From Clostridia bacterium (GTDB lineage: Bacteria; Bacillota; Clostridia; Christensenellales; Borkfalkiaceae): a stretch of 56,047 nt of DNA. Each line of letters starts with the position of its first letter. Position 1 is the stretch's first letter. Position numbers and translations under genes: made by a program. Of this stretch, positions 9,857-19,033 are shown one piece after another. The stretch spans positions 1 through 56,047 of the forward strand of contig JAIDRY010000176.1 in the NCBI GenBank assembly GCA_029061465.1. Reading direction: 5' to 3'. The notes beneath the pieces are model-generated. The model was not told where the DNA came from. It ran no database searches and saw only the letters and a program-made list of their open reading frames with translations.

Positions 9857-10951
9857 TTAGTACAACGATACGTCCGAAGCCGTGCGGGCTATCTTGTTTG
9901 CACCGATAACAAGTATCATACCGATAATGTTATTCAGCATTTCCGCCGCAGTACCGAGAGCTTTGTCCTCTTTGTTCACTATCGTCTTCGGATCAGACCA
10001 TCTGTTGGCAAGGGTTGAAACGGTGTCCGCAACCTCGTAGTTGCTCTGCGAGGTTTCGCCCGCGCCCTGTCCTAATAAGAGGTAAATCTTCTCGTAGCCT
10101 ACGGAAAGGAGCGAACCAATCTTCATTATAAGCATTATTACGACAGTCGAAAGGATGCTGGGAATGACTACGTAACGCATCTGGGACATCTTGCCCGCGC
10201 CGTCAATCTGCGCCGCCTCGTAAGAGGTAGGCGAAACCGCAATAACCGCCGCAAAGAATACTATCGAATCGTAACCTGCGTGTTCCCACAAATCCGTGAT
10301 AATGTATATCGCCCTGTAATACTGGGTGGTGTACACAAGGCCGTTATCCAAAAGAGCCTGGTCCGCACCGAACCAACCGAACACTGTGGATACGACGCCT
10401 ATCGTCTGCGTACCTGCAGCATTACCGCGGAAAAGTACGAGAACGAGGGACGTTACGATAACCGTCGAAAGGAACTTGGGAAGGTACACGCAAACCTGCA
10501 TTATACTTCTCACCACGTTCGATTTGACCTCGTTGAAGAACAGCGCCAGAATTATGGGCGTAGGGAAGCCGAACAGAAGTCCGTAGAACGCAGTCGTAAA
10601 CGTGTTACGGAAAGCGCCCCAAAAGTCCGGTGAATAAACGGGGTCGGTAAACAGCTTTTCGAAATACCTTAAGCCAACCCAGTCGTACGTCGCAACCGTC
10701 TGTCCGTCGCCCGTGGTGGGGTTCTTAAAGCACGCCATCAGCTCGTACATGGGCATGTACTTCCAAAGGAAATAAACAAGCACCATGGGGATGAGCATCG
10801 CATACAGACGCCAGTCTTTAAGAATGGTCCAGCCCGTGTTCTTCCATCTGTTCTTCTCAGTTTCGTCCCTTACCTGCTGTTCGGCAGACATGGAATAAGT
10901 CCCCGTCGCCTCGTCGTAGATAAGGAAGTCATCATATTTGAGTTTGAACAT
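9857..10951 (-). CDS. carbohydrate ABC transporter permease (LplB/YteP-like)
   Basis: 364 aa, TM-rich, with an EAA loop (YEAAQIDGAGKMSQMRYVVIP). Confidence 0.9.
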   Translation of the reverse strand: MFKLKYDDFLIYDEATGTYSMSAEQQVRDETEKNRWKNTGWTILKDWRLYAMLIPMVLVYFLWKYMPMYELMACFKNPTTGDGQTVATYDWVGLRYFEKLFTDPVYSPDFWGAFRNTFTTAFYGLLFGFPTPIILALFFNEVKSNVVRSIMQVCVYLPKFLSTVIVTSLVLVLFRGNAAGTQTIGVVSTVFGWFGADQALLDNGLVYTTQYYRAIYIITDLWEHAGYDSIVFFAAVIAVSPTSYEAAQIDGAGKMSQMRYVVIPSILSTVVIMLIMKIGSLLSVGYEKIYLLLGQGAGETSQSNYEVADTVSTLANRWSDPKTIVNKEDKALGTAAEMLNNIIGMILVIGANKIARTASDVSLY

Positions 10952-11051
10952 TGAAAATTTTCCTCCATATCACTTAAATTTTAAGTAAATATTTTCAAGC
11001 GGTTTTCCCCGCTTTTAGACTTTATTTATATTATATAATGTAATGAGGATT

Positions 11052-11777
11052 TTATCTAGAATCGGGCGGATACTCGTCGTAGAGCGATATGCCGTCGCCC
11101 TTTTCCTCTTTTTCGCCCGTGCCGTGAAGCTTTTTCAACTCTTCTTCGTCAAGCTCGGTATAGCCCGCCCACACTTCGTCTTTGGGCGGTTTTATCTCCT
11201 GCGACTGAGCCACGCGCTTTAAATAAAGCTTCTGGTCTTCAAGCATGCCGGGGAGTTTTCTTAAAACAAGTAAAGCTACTGCGGCAAACGCAGTGTTTAA
11301 AGATTCGGCAAAAACATTGCTTCCGAGACAGGCTACAAAATCGTTACCGAAACACACAGCAACTGCCGTCCTTGCAAATATGAGAATTACGAACGCAACT
11401 GCCGGATAAATTAAAGTCAGATACCACTTAGCAAACAGCTTCTCTTTGGGAAGTAGTTTAAAAACAAACCAGCTTAAAGCTATAAATGCGTTGCCGACTG
11501 CGTAAATAACGTACGTTTCCGCAGGGGCGCCAAGCAGTATGCTGTAAAGCACTCCGTTCACTACGGGGAAGATTGCACCGAGCAAATTCCACCGCACAAG
11601 CACTATCAAAGAAATGGTCGTCATAAGCGATACCGAAAACAACATATCGGTAAACCATTTCTTTATGGCGAAAACGTTAATCGTTTCAAACACGCACATA
11701 ATGACCAAAAACAGTAAAATATCCATTAATTTATACTGATTATATGATATTTTACCGTTAATGTTTGATTTTTTCAT
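11052..11777 (-). CDS. uncharacterised membrane protein with acidic C-terminal tail
   Basis: 241-aa ORF with 5-6 hydrophobic helices followed by a charged tail (ELDEEELKKLHGTGEKEEKGDG). Possibly an ECF S-component-like protein, but not recognised with confidence. Confidence 0.5.
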   Translation of the reverse strand: MKKSNINGKISYNQYKLMDILLFLVIMCVFETINVFAIKKWFTDMLFSVSLMTTISLIVLVRWNLLGAIFPVVNGVLYSILLGAPAETYVIYAVGNAFIALSWFVFKLLPKEKLFAKWYLTLIYPAVAFVILIFARTAVAVCFGNDFVACLGSNVFAESLNTAFAAVALLVLRKLPGMLEDQKLYLKRVAQSQEIKPPKDEVWAGYTELDEEELKKLHGTGEKEEKGDGISLYDEYPPDSR

Positions 11778-11942
11778 AAATATGTATCGTGAAACGAATT
11801 AAAAAAGCAAAAAATTGTAAATTCTCACACTTAGCTTACACATTATATCATAGTCAATTTTAAAAATCAATACATTTTCCGATTTTTTTATTGTTACACT
11901 AAAAAAATTGTGATATAATAAACACGGAAAAGGAAGCGCATT

Positions 11943-12878
11943 ATGAAAGAATTTTTTATAACCCCCGCGGACGATATTCAAAGCATTGTAAACGGTTTGA
12001 CCGAGCCTGCGGTTTTGCACCTTGCAAAGGGAATTTACCGCCAGAAAATAGAAATTTGCGCGGACGACGTAACGGTTATCGGTGAGGGTGAGGACACTGT
12101 AATCACCTTTGACGACTACGCGCGGAAGATACACGCCGACGGGCAGGAATACAACACCTTCCGCACCTACACCCTGTGCGTTACGGGCGAGCGGGTGAAA
12201 ATAAAAAACCTCACCGTAGAAAACTCTAACGACGACCCGCGCACGGCGGGGCAATGCGTTGCGCTTTCCGTTCACGCGAAGGAGTTTTGCGCCGAAAACA
12301 TCAACCTCAAATCTATGCAGGACACCCTGTTTCTTGCTCCCTTCCCCGACGATTTGGTTGTACGCTACCGCGGATTTATCCCCCGCCGCCAGCTATACGC
12401 CGAGGGCGCGGGCGTTCACCTTTTTAAAAACTGTAAGATTTTCGGGACGGTGGACTTTATTTTCGGCTGCGCAGAAGCGTACTTTCTCGGCTGCGAAATA
12501 GTGTCGTTAGCCGACCAGAGAAATATCGGGTTTATCGCCGCACCCGCCCACTCACTGAAACAGGAGCACGGATTTTACTTTATCGACTGCAACATTACGT
12601 CGGGCGGTGCGAACGATAGCACGTGCTATTTAGCAAGGCCCTGGCGCGACTTCGGCAAGTGCGCGTTTATAAACTGCAAGGTTGGCGGGCATATCGCACC
12701 CGAGCTTTTCGATAAGTGGAACGACACTGACCGTGATTTGACTGCAAGGTTTTTATATCACAACCTCGACTGCGCCTTTGCCCCCTCGCCCGTGCCGTGG
12801 AGCCGCGGGCTTGACAGTGATGAAACAAATTACATTATAAATAGGTGTAAAAGTAAATTTAAAGCAAATATGCGTTGA
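11943..12878 (+). CDS. pectinesterase (pectin methylesterase, CE8)
   Basis: 311 aa with CE8 blocks QCVAL, MQDTLF, GTVDFIFG and YLARPW. No signal peptide, so probably intracellular. Confidence 0.9.
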   Translation: MKEFFITPADDIQSIVNGLTEPAVLHLAKGIYRQKIEICADDVTVIGEGEDTVITFDDYARKIHADGQEYNTFRTYTLCVTGERVKIKNLTVENSNDDPRTAGQCVALSVHAKEFCAENINLKSMQDTLFLAPFPDDLVVRYRGFIPRRQLYAEGAGVHLFKNCKIFGTVDFIFGCAEAYFLGCEIVSLADQRNIGFIAAPAHSLKQEHGFYFIDCNITSGGANDSTCYLARPWRDFGKCAFINCKVGGHIAPELFDKWNDTDRDLTARFLYHNLDCAFAPSPVPWSRGLDSDETNYIINRCKSKFKANMR

Positions 12879-12911
12879 ATTTGACGATTAATGTAAAACC
12901 TGATTTCAGAC

Positions 12912-12950
12912 AAAAAAAGCTTTCCTGCAGAACTTACGGAAAGCTTTTTT
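12912..12950. terminator. bidirectional intrinsic terminator between convergent genes
   Basis: Stem AAAGCTTTCC (12916..12925) pairs with GGAAAGCTTT (12938..12947). It is flanked by an A-run on the left and a T-run on the right. Confidence 0.7.
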
Positions 12951-12953
12951 ATT

Positions 12954-13355
12954 TTATCTTGCAAAAGGTTTGTTAAACGAACCTATTTCTATAAGATTTC
13001 CTTCGGGGTCGGCTATATAACAAGTCCGCTGTCCCCAGGGTTCGGTAGTGGGTTCCAGCACGGGTTTTGCGCCTTTACTTACCACCTCTTTAAACTGCTT
13101 ATCAACTTCGTCAAACGTATCGACGTACAGCGCTATTTCAAAGTGTCCGTTAAGACCTTTTAAATATTCATACTTTTTGTCCGTCATCTTTTCGAAATTC
13201 TTTCTTTCGTACAGCATAAACAACGTGCCGTCTTTTATAAGATAGACGTTTACGGCGTCCTCGCTTTCTTTTATCTCAAAACCCAGAACGTCGCGGTAAA
13301 ACCGTATCATTGCCGACATATCGTTTACAAACAATCCAAATCCGTCAAGGTGCAT
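12954..13355 (-). CDS. VOC/glyoxalase-bleomycin resistance family protein
   Basis: 133 aa. The size and the pattern (FYRDVLGF...EIALYVD...DPEGNLIEI) are typical of glyoxalase-fold proteins. Confidence 0.75.
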   Translation of the reverse strand: MHLDGFGLFVNDMSAMIRFYRDVLGFEIKESEDAVNVYLIKDGTLFMLYERKNFEKMTDKKYEYLKGLNGHFEIALYVDTFDEVDKQFKEVVSKGAKPVLEPTTEPWGQRTCYIADPEGNLIEIGSFNKPFAR

Positions 13356-13385
13356 AGTAAATCTCCTTATTAAAATATTGTGTAT

Positions 13386-13874
13386 TTATCTTTCGTCCGT
13401 TACAAAATGGCGTACGCCGTTTTGGGGATTTTGCAGCTCGGTTCTGAAAAAAGCGGGATAAATTTTTTGTCCGTCATTGAGTGAAATCCATTTGAGAAAT
13501 TCCTTGCTGTCATCTTCCGTAAACGAACCGCACTTCGGCTCGAAATTGTCAGGGACTTTCATATAGAAGAAAAATGAAACTTCATAAATCAATTTCCCGA
13601 AGTTTGTTTTGGCATCACCGAAAAAATAATTTTCGTGCACGAAACCCAAGCGGTCAATATCCATTTTTACGCCTGTTTCTTCCAAAACTTCCCGAACGAC
13701 CGCTTGCTCTGCGGTTTCCCCGAACTTTATGCGCCCGCCCACGGAATACAAATAATCGCTTCTCTGATTTCCGACCATAAGGACTTTTCCGTCTTTTAAG
13801 ATGATAGCGCCCACGCGGATATTGATAATACCGTCATCACATTGTACACACATATCACGGCTCATAATCTTCAC
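13386..13874 (-). CDS. NUDIX hydrolase
   Basis: Nudix box GGRIKFGETAEQAVVREVLEETG. Confidence 0.85.
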   Translation of the reverse strand: MKIMSRDMCVQCDDGIINIRVGAIILKDGKVLMVGNQRSDYLYSVGGRIKFGETAEQAVVREVLEETGVKMDIDRLGFVHENYFFGDAKTNFGKLIYEVSFFFYMKVPDNFEPKCGSFTEDDSKEFLKWISLNDGQKIYPAFFRTELQNPQNGVRHFVTDER

Positions 13875-13904
13875 CTGCTAAATTGAAATTTATAATAAGA
13901 CGGA

Positions 13905-14531
13905 TTATCTCCACTGGTTCGGCAATACCTTTTTCTCCATATAGGGGAAGGCTTTATCAAATTTATCAACTTCCGTCATATATTTTTCATTATGGACATC
14001 TGCACAATATACGTCGGGTTCATAAAATTTACCCGTTATGCCGAATAGACTTCCTTTGATAAGCTCTATTCCCATAAAAGCATCAAAATTTGTACCGTCT
14101 GGCATTGTTATCCCAAATTTATCCGCCGTTTTAAATCCGTACTTCGGATAGTACGTCGGAACTCCGCATATAAAAATTGAGCCGTACCCCAACGCTCTTG
14201 CTTTTTCCATTGACTTATTAAGTAGCTGTTTCCCTATTCCTTTTTTCTGGAAACCGGGGTCAACACACAGCGGACCGAAAGAAAGCGTATCTAATTCCGC
14301 GTCCGGAGTTTTAATTTTCGCTTTTGCATACAAAATTGCCCCGATTATTTTATCTTCAATCTCTGCAAGCATAGATAACTCCTTAACGCAAACATCACTA
14401 TTCCATAAACTATGAACAGTATAATGCTCATCGCAACCGGGCATATTCAAATTCCAAAATGCTTTTTTAGCTACACACTTGACTTCATACAGGTCTTCAT
14501 TTTTAATGTTTCTTATTACGGTATTTATCAT
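13905..14531 (-). CDS. GNAT family N-acetyltransferase
   Basis: 208 aa with the acetyl-CoA binding motif FQKKGIGKQLL. Confidence 0.8.
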   Translation of the reverse strand: MINTVIRNIKNEDLYEVKCVAKKAFWNLNMPGCDEHYTVHSLWNSDVCVKELSMLAEIEDKIIGAILYAKAKIKTPDAELDTLSFGPLCVDPGFQKKGIGKQLLNKSMEKARALGYGSIFICGVPTYYPKYGFKTADKFGITMPDGTNFDAFMGIELIKGSLFGITGKFYEPDVYCADVHNEKYMTEVDKFDKAFPYMEKKVLPNQWR

Positions 14532-14568
14532 AATAAAATTCCCTTGGCTTTTTGCAAGTTCAAATAAT

Positions 14569-14612
14569 CACGAAAAATTGCCGTCGCAGAATAGACGGCA
14601 ATTTTTGTGAAC
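14569..14612 (-). terminator. long hairpin terminator after uxaC (copy 1 of a repeated 44-nt element)
   Basis: CACGAAAAATTGCCGTC-GCAGAATA-GACGGCAATTTTTGTGAAC. It forms a 16-17 bp stem with a 1-nt bulge. The T-run on the minus strand lies immediately after the uxaC stop (14616). Confidence 0.7.
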
Positions 14613-14615
14613 TGT

Positions 14616-16037
14616 TTAATTATTAAATCCGAAGAATTCAGCGGCGTTGTTGTAGCAAATATCTTCAACTATCTTGCCGAGGCGGGGAAGCTCTGCCGCG
14701 GGGTACTGACCGCTTTCAACGAGATTGCCGAGCATATTGCAAAGCAGGCGGCGGTAGTATTCGTGGCGGGGATAAGCGAGGAACGAGCGGCTGTCCGTGA
14801 GCATACCTACCGACTGCGCAACAAGCCCTACCTGCATAAGTGTTTCGAGATTCTGGCGCATGCCGTCAAGCTGGTCTAAGAACCACCACGCCGTACCGAC
14901 CTGAACCCTGCCCTTGACGCCTTCCTTCTGGAAGCAACCGGCAAGTACGGTCAACGCGTAGTTGTCGCGGGGGTTGAGACAGTAAAGAATGGTTTTAGGC
15001 ATATCGCCGTCCTTGTCAAGCTCGCCCAAAAGTGCGGAAAGCTTTTCCATATAGACCGCGTCCTCGATTGCATCGAAGCCCGTATCGGGTCCTATCTTTT
15101 CAAGCATGGATTTTGAATTGTTGCGGAGTGCGCCTATATGGTACTGCTGCGCCCAGCCGTACTTTGCATATTCCTTTGCAAGGAACACGAGCACGTAGCC
15201 CTTGTACTTATCCTGCTCGCTGTCGGTTACGCTTTCACCCTTCATTCCCTTTAAGAAGATTGCGTTTGCCTCTTCATAGGTTGCGGGCGCGTAATGCACC
15301 ACGTCAAGCGCGTGGTCGGAAAGCTTCGAGCCCATTTCGTCGAAGAATTTAATTCTTTCCGCAAGCGCTTCGCACAAGTCATTTAACGTTTTAATGGGTT
15401 TGCCTACAACGCCCGAAAGCTGGTTTACCCAGTCCTTGAACCAGGAAAGTTCGACGTTTAGCGCCTTGTCGGGACGGAACGCGGGACGGACTTTTACCTT
15501 TAAGGTTTTGTCCTCGTTCATCTTTGCGTGCCATTCGAGACTGTCAACGGGGTCGTCGGTAGTGCATACCGTCTTTACGTTGAACTTATACATCATCTCG
15601 CGCGCGCTCAGAGTTTCAAGCACCTTGTTGGCTTTGTCCCAAATCTTTTTTGCGTTTTCCGCGTTTATCACGTCGTCTATTCCGAAGTATCTTCTCATTT
15701 CGAGATGCGACCAGTGATAGAGCGGGTTACCCACAAAGTAAGGCATACTCTCCGCAAACTGCAAATATTTTTTGTAGTCGTCGTCGGGTCCCGAAATGCT
15801 GTCCTCGGCGTAGCCTCTTGCGCGGAGTGCGCGCCACTTGTAGTGGTCGCCGTATCTGTCGCCCGCGCCCAGCCATACTTCGGCAAGGTTTCTGAATTTC
15901 TTGTCCTCGTAAATTTCCCTGGGCTGCAAGTGACAGTGATAATCTATAATAGGCATCTTTTCGGCGTGGTCGTGATATAACTTCTGCGCCGTTTTGGTTT
16001 CAAGGAGAAAGTCCTTATCCATAAAAGCTTTCATCAA
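14616..16037 (-). CDS. uxaC: glucuronate isomerase
   Basis: 473 aa with the characteristic N-terminus FLLETKTAQKLYHDHAEKMPIIDYHCHL and the DHYKWRALRA block. Confidence 0.93.
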   Translation of the reverse strand: MMKAFMDKDFLLETKTAQKLYHDHAEKMPIIDYHCHLQPREIYEDKKFRNLAEVWLGAGDRYGDHYKWRALRARGYAEDSISGPDDDYKKYLQFAESMPYFVGNPLYHWSHLEMRRYFGIDDVINAENAKKIWDKANKVLETLSAREMMYKFNVKTVCTTDDPVDSLEWHAKMNEDKTLKVKVRPAFRPDKALNVELSWFKDWVNQLSGVVGKPIKTLNDLCEALAERIKFFDEMGSKLSDHALDVVHYAPATYEEANAIFLKGMKGESVTDSEQDKYKGYVLVFLAKEYAKYGWAQQYHIGALRNNSKSMLEKIGPDTGFDAIEDAVYMEKLSALLGELDKDGDMPKTILYCLNPRDNYALTVLAGCFQKEGVKGRVQVGTAWWFLDQLDGMRQNLETLMQVGLVAQSVGMLTDSRSFLAYPRHEYYRRLLCNMLGNLVESGQYPAAELPRLGKIVEDICYNNAAEFFGFNN

Positions 16038-17506
16038 AGTGTAACCCCCGTTTTAAATATTGCTATTTCTCTGGTTTCGTTGAGTTCGTTCTTTGCGGGT
16101 TTGCCGTTAGCCGTTTCCACGATTAAGTCGATAAGCTTTTCAAGCTGAGTATCGAAATCGCTGTCAAGCACCGCGCCCGCATTGAAATCAATCCAGTTAG
16201 CCTTGTTTTTGGCAAGGTCGGAATTCGTTGCTATTTTTAAGGTGGGGACGAACCCGCCGAACGGCGTCCCCCTGCCGGTTGTGAAAAGCACCAGATGGCA
16301 ACCCGCCGCCGCTATGTTGGTAACGGCGCACATATCGTTGCCCGGTCCGTTTAATAGGTTCAGTCCCTTGCGCGTTACAAAGCCGTCGTCGAAAACTACG
16401 TCCTCAACGGGGCCCGAGCCCGACTTCTGAGTACAGCCGAGGGACTTGTCTTCAAGCGTCGTAATGCCGCCCGCCTTGTTGCCGGGGGAAGGATTTTCAT
16501 ACACGGTCTGACCGTTGCGGCGGAAGTAGTCTTTAAAGTCGTTTATAAGTTTTACGACCTTATCAAACGTTGCCTCGTCCTTCGCCCTGTTCATCAAAAG
16601 CTGTTCCGCGCCGAACATTTCGGGAACTTCGCTAAGTACCGTAGTGCCGCCCGCGGCTACGATATAGTCGCTGAAAAGTCCTACAAGCGGATTTGCGGTA
16701 ATGCCCGAAAGTCCGTCCGAGCCGCCGCACTTTAACCCGACTTTGAGACAGGAAATATCCTTTTCCGTCCTCTTGTCGTTTCTGATAACTTCGGCAATTT
16801 CCTTTAAAAGCGCAACGCCGCTCTCTATTTCGTCCTCGGTTTCCTGACAGACGAGGAATTTTACGCGGTTATTATCAACCTTGCCCAAGCCCTCTTTGAA
16901 AGCGGACATCTGGTTGTTTTCACAGCCCAGCCCCAAGACGAGCACGCCGCCCGCATTGGGGTGCTTAACCATTTTCTGCAAAATGAGCTTCGTCCTCTCG
17001 TGGTCGTCGCCGAGCTGCGAACAGCCGTAAGGATGGGTAAAAGTGAAAACTCCGTCGTAGCCCTCCGTGCCGTAGCGTTTTTTAAACGTTTCGACAATGA
17101 GCTTCGCCTGTCCGTTTACACAGCCGACCGTGGGGATAACCCACAGCTCGTTGCGTATTCCGACGTCGCCGTTCTTTCTTGCATAAACGTTTACCTTGCG
17201 CCCCTTAATAGGCTTTAAGGGCGTTGCCACCTTGTTGTAGGTGTATTCGAGATTTTCCGAAAGGTTTGTTTTAACGTTGTGCGTATGCACGTGCGCGCCC
17301 GCGGGAATATCCTCGGTAGCGCAGGCAATGGGGCTGCCGTACTTTATTATGTTTTCGCCCGCGTCCACGTTGCGCAATGTGAATTTGTGCCCTTTCGTTA
17401 TATCTTCGGTTAAAACTACGCCCTCGTGCATTTCACCCTTTTTCAGGTCGCAAAGGGCAACCGCCACGTTGTCGAGCGGATTGATGATAATAGTATTTTT
17501 AGTCAT
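16034..17506 (-). CDS. uxaA: altronate dehydratase
   Basis: 490 aa with a SAF-like N-terminus (IIINPLDNVAVAL) and a UxaA/GarD-type C-terminal domain. It overlaps uxaC by 4 nt. Confidence 0.9.
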   Translation of the reverse strand: MTKNTIIINPLDNVAVALCDLKKGEMHEGVVLTEDITKGHKFTLRNVDAGENIIKYGSPIACATEDIPAGAHVHTHNVKTNLSENLEYTYNKVATPLKPIKGRKVNVYARKNGDVGIRNELWVIPTVGCVNGQAKLIVETFKKRYGTEGYDGVFTFTHPYGCSQLGDDHERTKLILQKMVKHPNAGGVLVLGLGCENNQMSAFKEGLGKVDNNRVKFLVCQETEDEIESGVALLKEIAEVIRNDKRTEKDISCLKVGLKCGGSDGLSGITANPLVGLFSDYIVAAGGTTVLSEVPEMFGAEQLLMNRAKDEATFDKVVKLINDFKDYFRRNGQTVYENPSPGNKAGGITTLEDKSLGCTQKSGSGPVEDVVFDDGFVTRKGLNLLNGPGNDMCAVTNIAAAGCHLVLFTTGRGTPFGGFVPTLKIATNSDLAKNKANWIDFNAGAVLDSDFDTQLEKLIDLIVETANGKPAKNELNETREIAIFKTGVTL

Positions 17507-18947
17507 TTACAAATTCCTCTACCGCCTTTCTCATGCCCTTCGTCTGTATGCTTTCAAGGTATGCGGCAACAGTCTTTGCGATATCGGGGTGGATAGTATT
17601 CATATCCATATCCCACGCCTCTTTCCACGCAAGCGTATCCTTTGCAAGCTTGAGATAATCGCCGTTAAAGCCGTCCCAAAGGCTCTTCCACTTTGCAAGG
17701 TATTCAGGGTCGTCCGCAAGCTTGATATCCTCGCTGCCCCTCTTGCCCTTGTGGAATGCGATTATCGCCGCAAACGAGAACAGAAGATGCTGGGGGAGCT
17801 TTCCTTTAAGCTTAACGTAGTCGGTAAGCGTAGGCAGAAGCCTTGTTTTGAATTTGGTTGTCGAGTTGAGCGCAATCGACATAAGCTCGTGGCGAATGAA
17901 CGGGTTGCGGTATCTCTCTATAACGCTGTTTGCAAACGCAGTCATCTGGTCTGCGGGAAGGTTGATTGTAGGATTAACCTCGTCGAACACGAAGTCGCGC
18001 ACGTACTTGGAAATGGTATTATCGTTCATAGCTTCGCCCACGGTGTCTATGCCCGCAAGGTAAGCAACGGGCACGAGCGCAGTGTGCGAACCGTTGAGTA
18101 TTTTAACCTTTCTCTGCTTATAGGGCTTTATGTCGTCCGCAAAAATTACGTTGAGCCCCGTGCTGTCCGCGGGAAGATATTTCTGAACGACGGGTTCTTT
18201 TTTGAGTACCCAGAGGTGGAAAATTTCACCTTTTACCACGTTGTTATCGATATAGCCCGTTTCCTTCTGAATTTCCTCTATTTCGTTTTTAGGATAGCCG
18301 GGGACTATTCTGTCGACAAGCGTAGAGGTGAAGTGGTTTGCCGTCTTAACCCACTCGATAAACTTTTTGTCCATCTTGTTAATCTGGGCAAGCTCGACAA
18401 GGCAACGGTAAAGCTCGTCGCCGTTGTTGTCTATAAGCTCGCAGGGGACTATTGCAAGCCCCTTGTTTTTATCACCCTTGAAATGGTCGTAACGTCTTTT
18501 TAAGAGTGCTAAAAGTTTCCCGGGGAAGCTCTTGGGGCAGACGGAAAAGTCTGTGTCGGTAGGGTCAACGGCAATGCCCGCCTCCGTCGTGTTGGAAATT
18601 ATAACCTGCAAATCCTCGCTTTCGCCGTATTTGAGGTATTTTTCGTAATCGGCAAAGGGGTTAATGCAATCGTCTATAACGTCGATAACTCTGCTCTTTT
18701 TTACCTTTTCGCCGCCGTCAATTCCTTCGAGGCGCAGGGTATAAAGTCCGTCCTGCTCGCCTAACTCTTTTACTCTGCCGAAGGGCATGGGCTGAACTAC
18801 CGCCACTCCCGCGTTGATTGCGCCCTTGTCATTCAAGTCCTGTATAATCCATTCAACGAAAGCCCTTAAAAAGTTTCCTTCGCCGAACTGCATAATCTTA
18901 ATTTTTCTTTCGGGTTTGTTATATAATTTTTTGCTTAAAAGTTCCAT
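17499..18947 (-). CDS. uxaB: tagaturonate reductase (altronate oxidoreductase)
   Basis: 482 aa, mannitol-dehydrogenase family, with N-terminus IMQFGEGNFLRAF. It overlaps uxaA by 8 nt. Confidence 0.9.
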   Translation of the reverse strand: MELLSKKLYNKPERKIKIMQFGEGNFLRAFVEWIIQDLNDKGAINAGVAVVQPMPFGRVKELGEQDGLYTLRLEGIDGGEKVKKSRVIDVIDDCINPFADYEKYLKYGESEDLQVIISNTTEAGIAVDPTDTDFSVCPKSFPGKLLALLKRRYDHFKGDKNKGLAIVPCELIDNNGDELYRCLVELAQINKMDKKFIEWVKTANHFTSTLVDRIVPGYPKNEIEEIQKETGYIDNNVVKGEIFHLWVLKKEPVVQKYLPADSTGLNVIFADDIKPYKQRKVKILNGSHTALVPVAYLAGIDTVGEAMNDNTISKYVRDFVFDEVNPTINLPADQMTAFANSVIERYRNPFIRHELMSIALNSTTKFKTRLLPTLTDYVKLKGKLPQHLLFSFAAIIAFHKGKRGSEDIKLADDPEYLAKWKSLWDGFNGDYLKLAKDTLAWKEAWDMDMNTIHPDIAKTVAAYLESIQTKGMRKAVEEFVND

Positions 18948-18984
18948 AAAAAGCCTCCGTTAAAATCAAAAATCCCCTGAAAAT

Positions 18985-19028
18985 CACGGAAAATTAGCTT
19001 CGCAGAATAGAAGCTAATTTTCGTGAAC
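18985..19028 (-). terminator. long hairpin terminator after the second ABC ATPase (copy 2 of the repeated 44-nt element)
   Basis: CACGGAAAATTAGCTTC-GCAGAATA-GAAGCTAATTTTCGTGAAC. Flanks, loop and bulge match copy 1, with fully compensated changes in the upper stem. Confidence 0.7.
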
Positions 19029-19033
19029 CGCTA

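Noticed and set aside
11799-12275. 158-aa minus-strand ORF overlapping the pectinesterase start
   Set aside because: It overlaps the well-supported CE8 gene and its promoter region. It has no motifs and implausible composition.
17241-18503. 420-aa plus-strand ORF
   Set aside because: It is antisense to uxaA/uxaB, which have clear family signatures. Its odd composition (many R/C/F/V) marks it as a shadow ORF.
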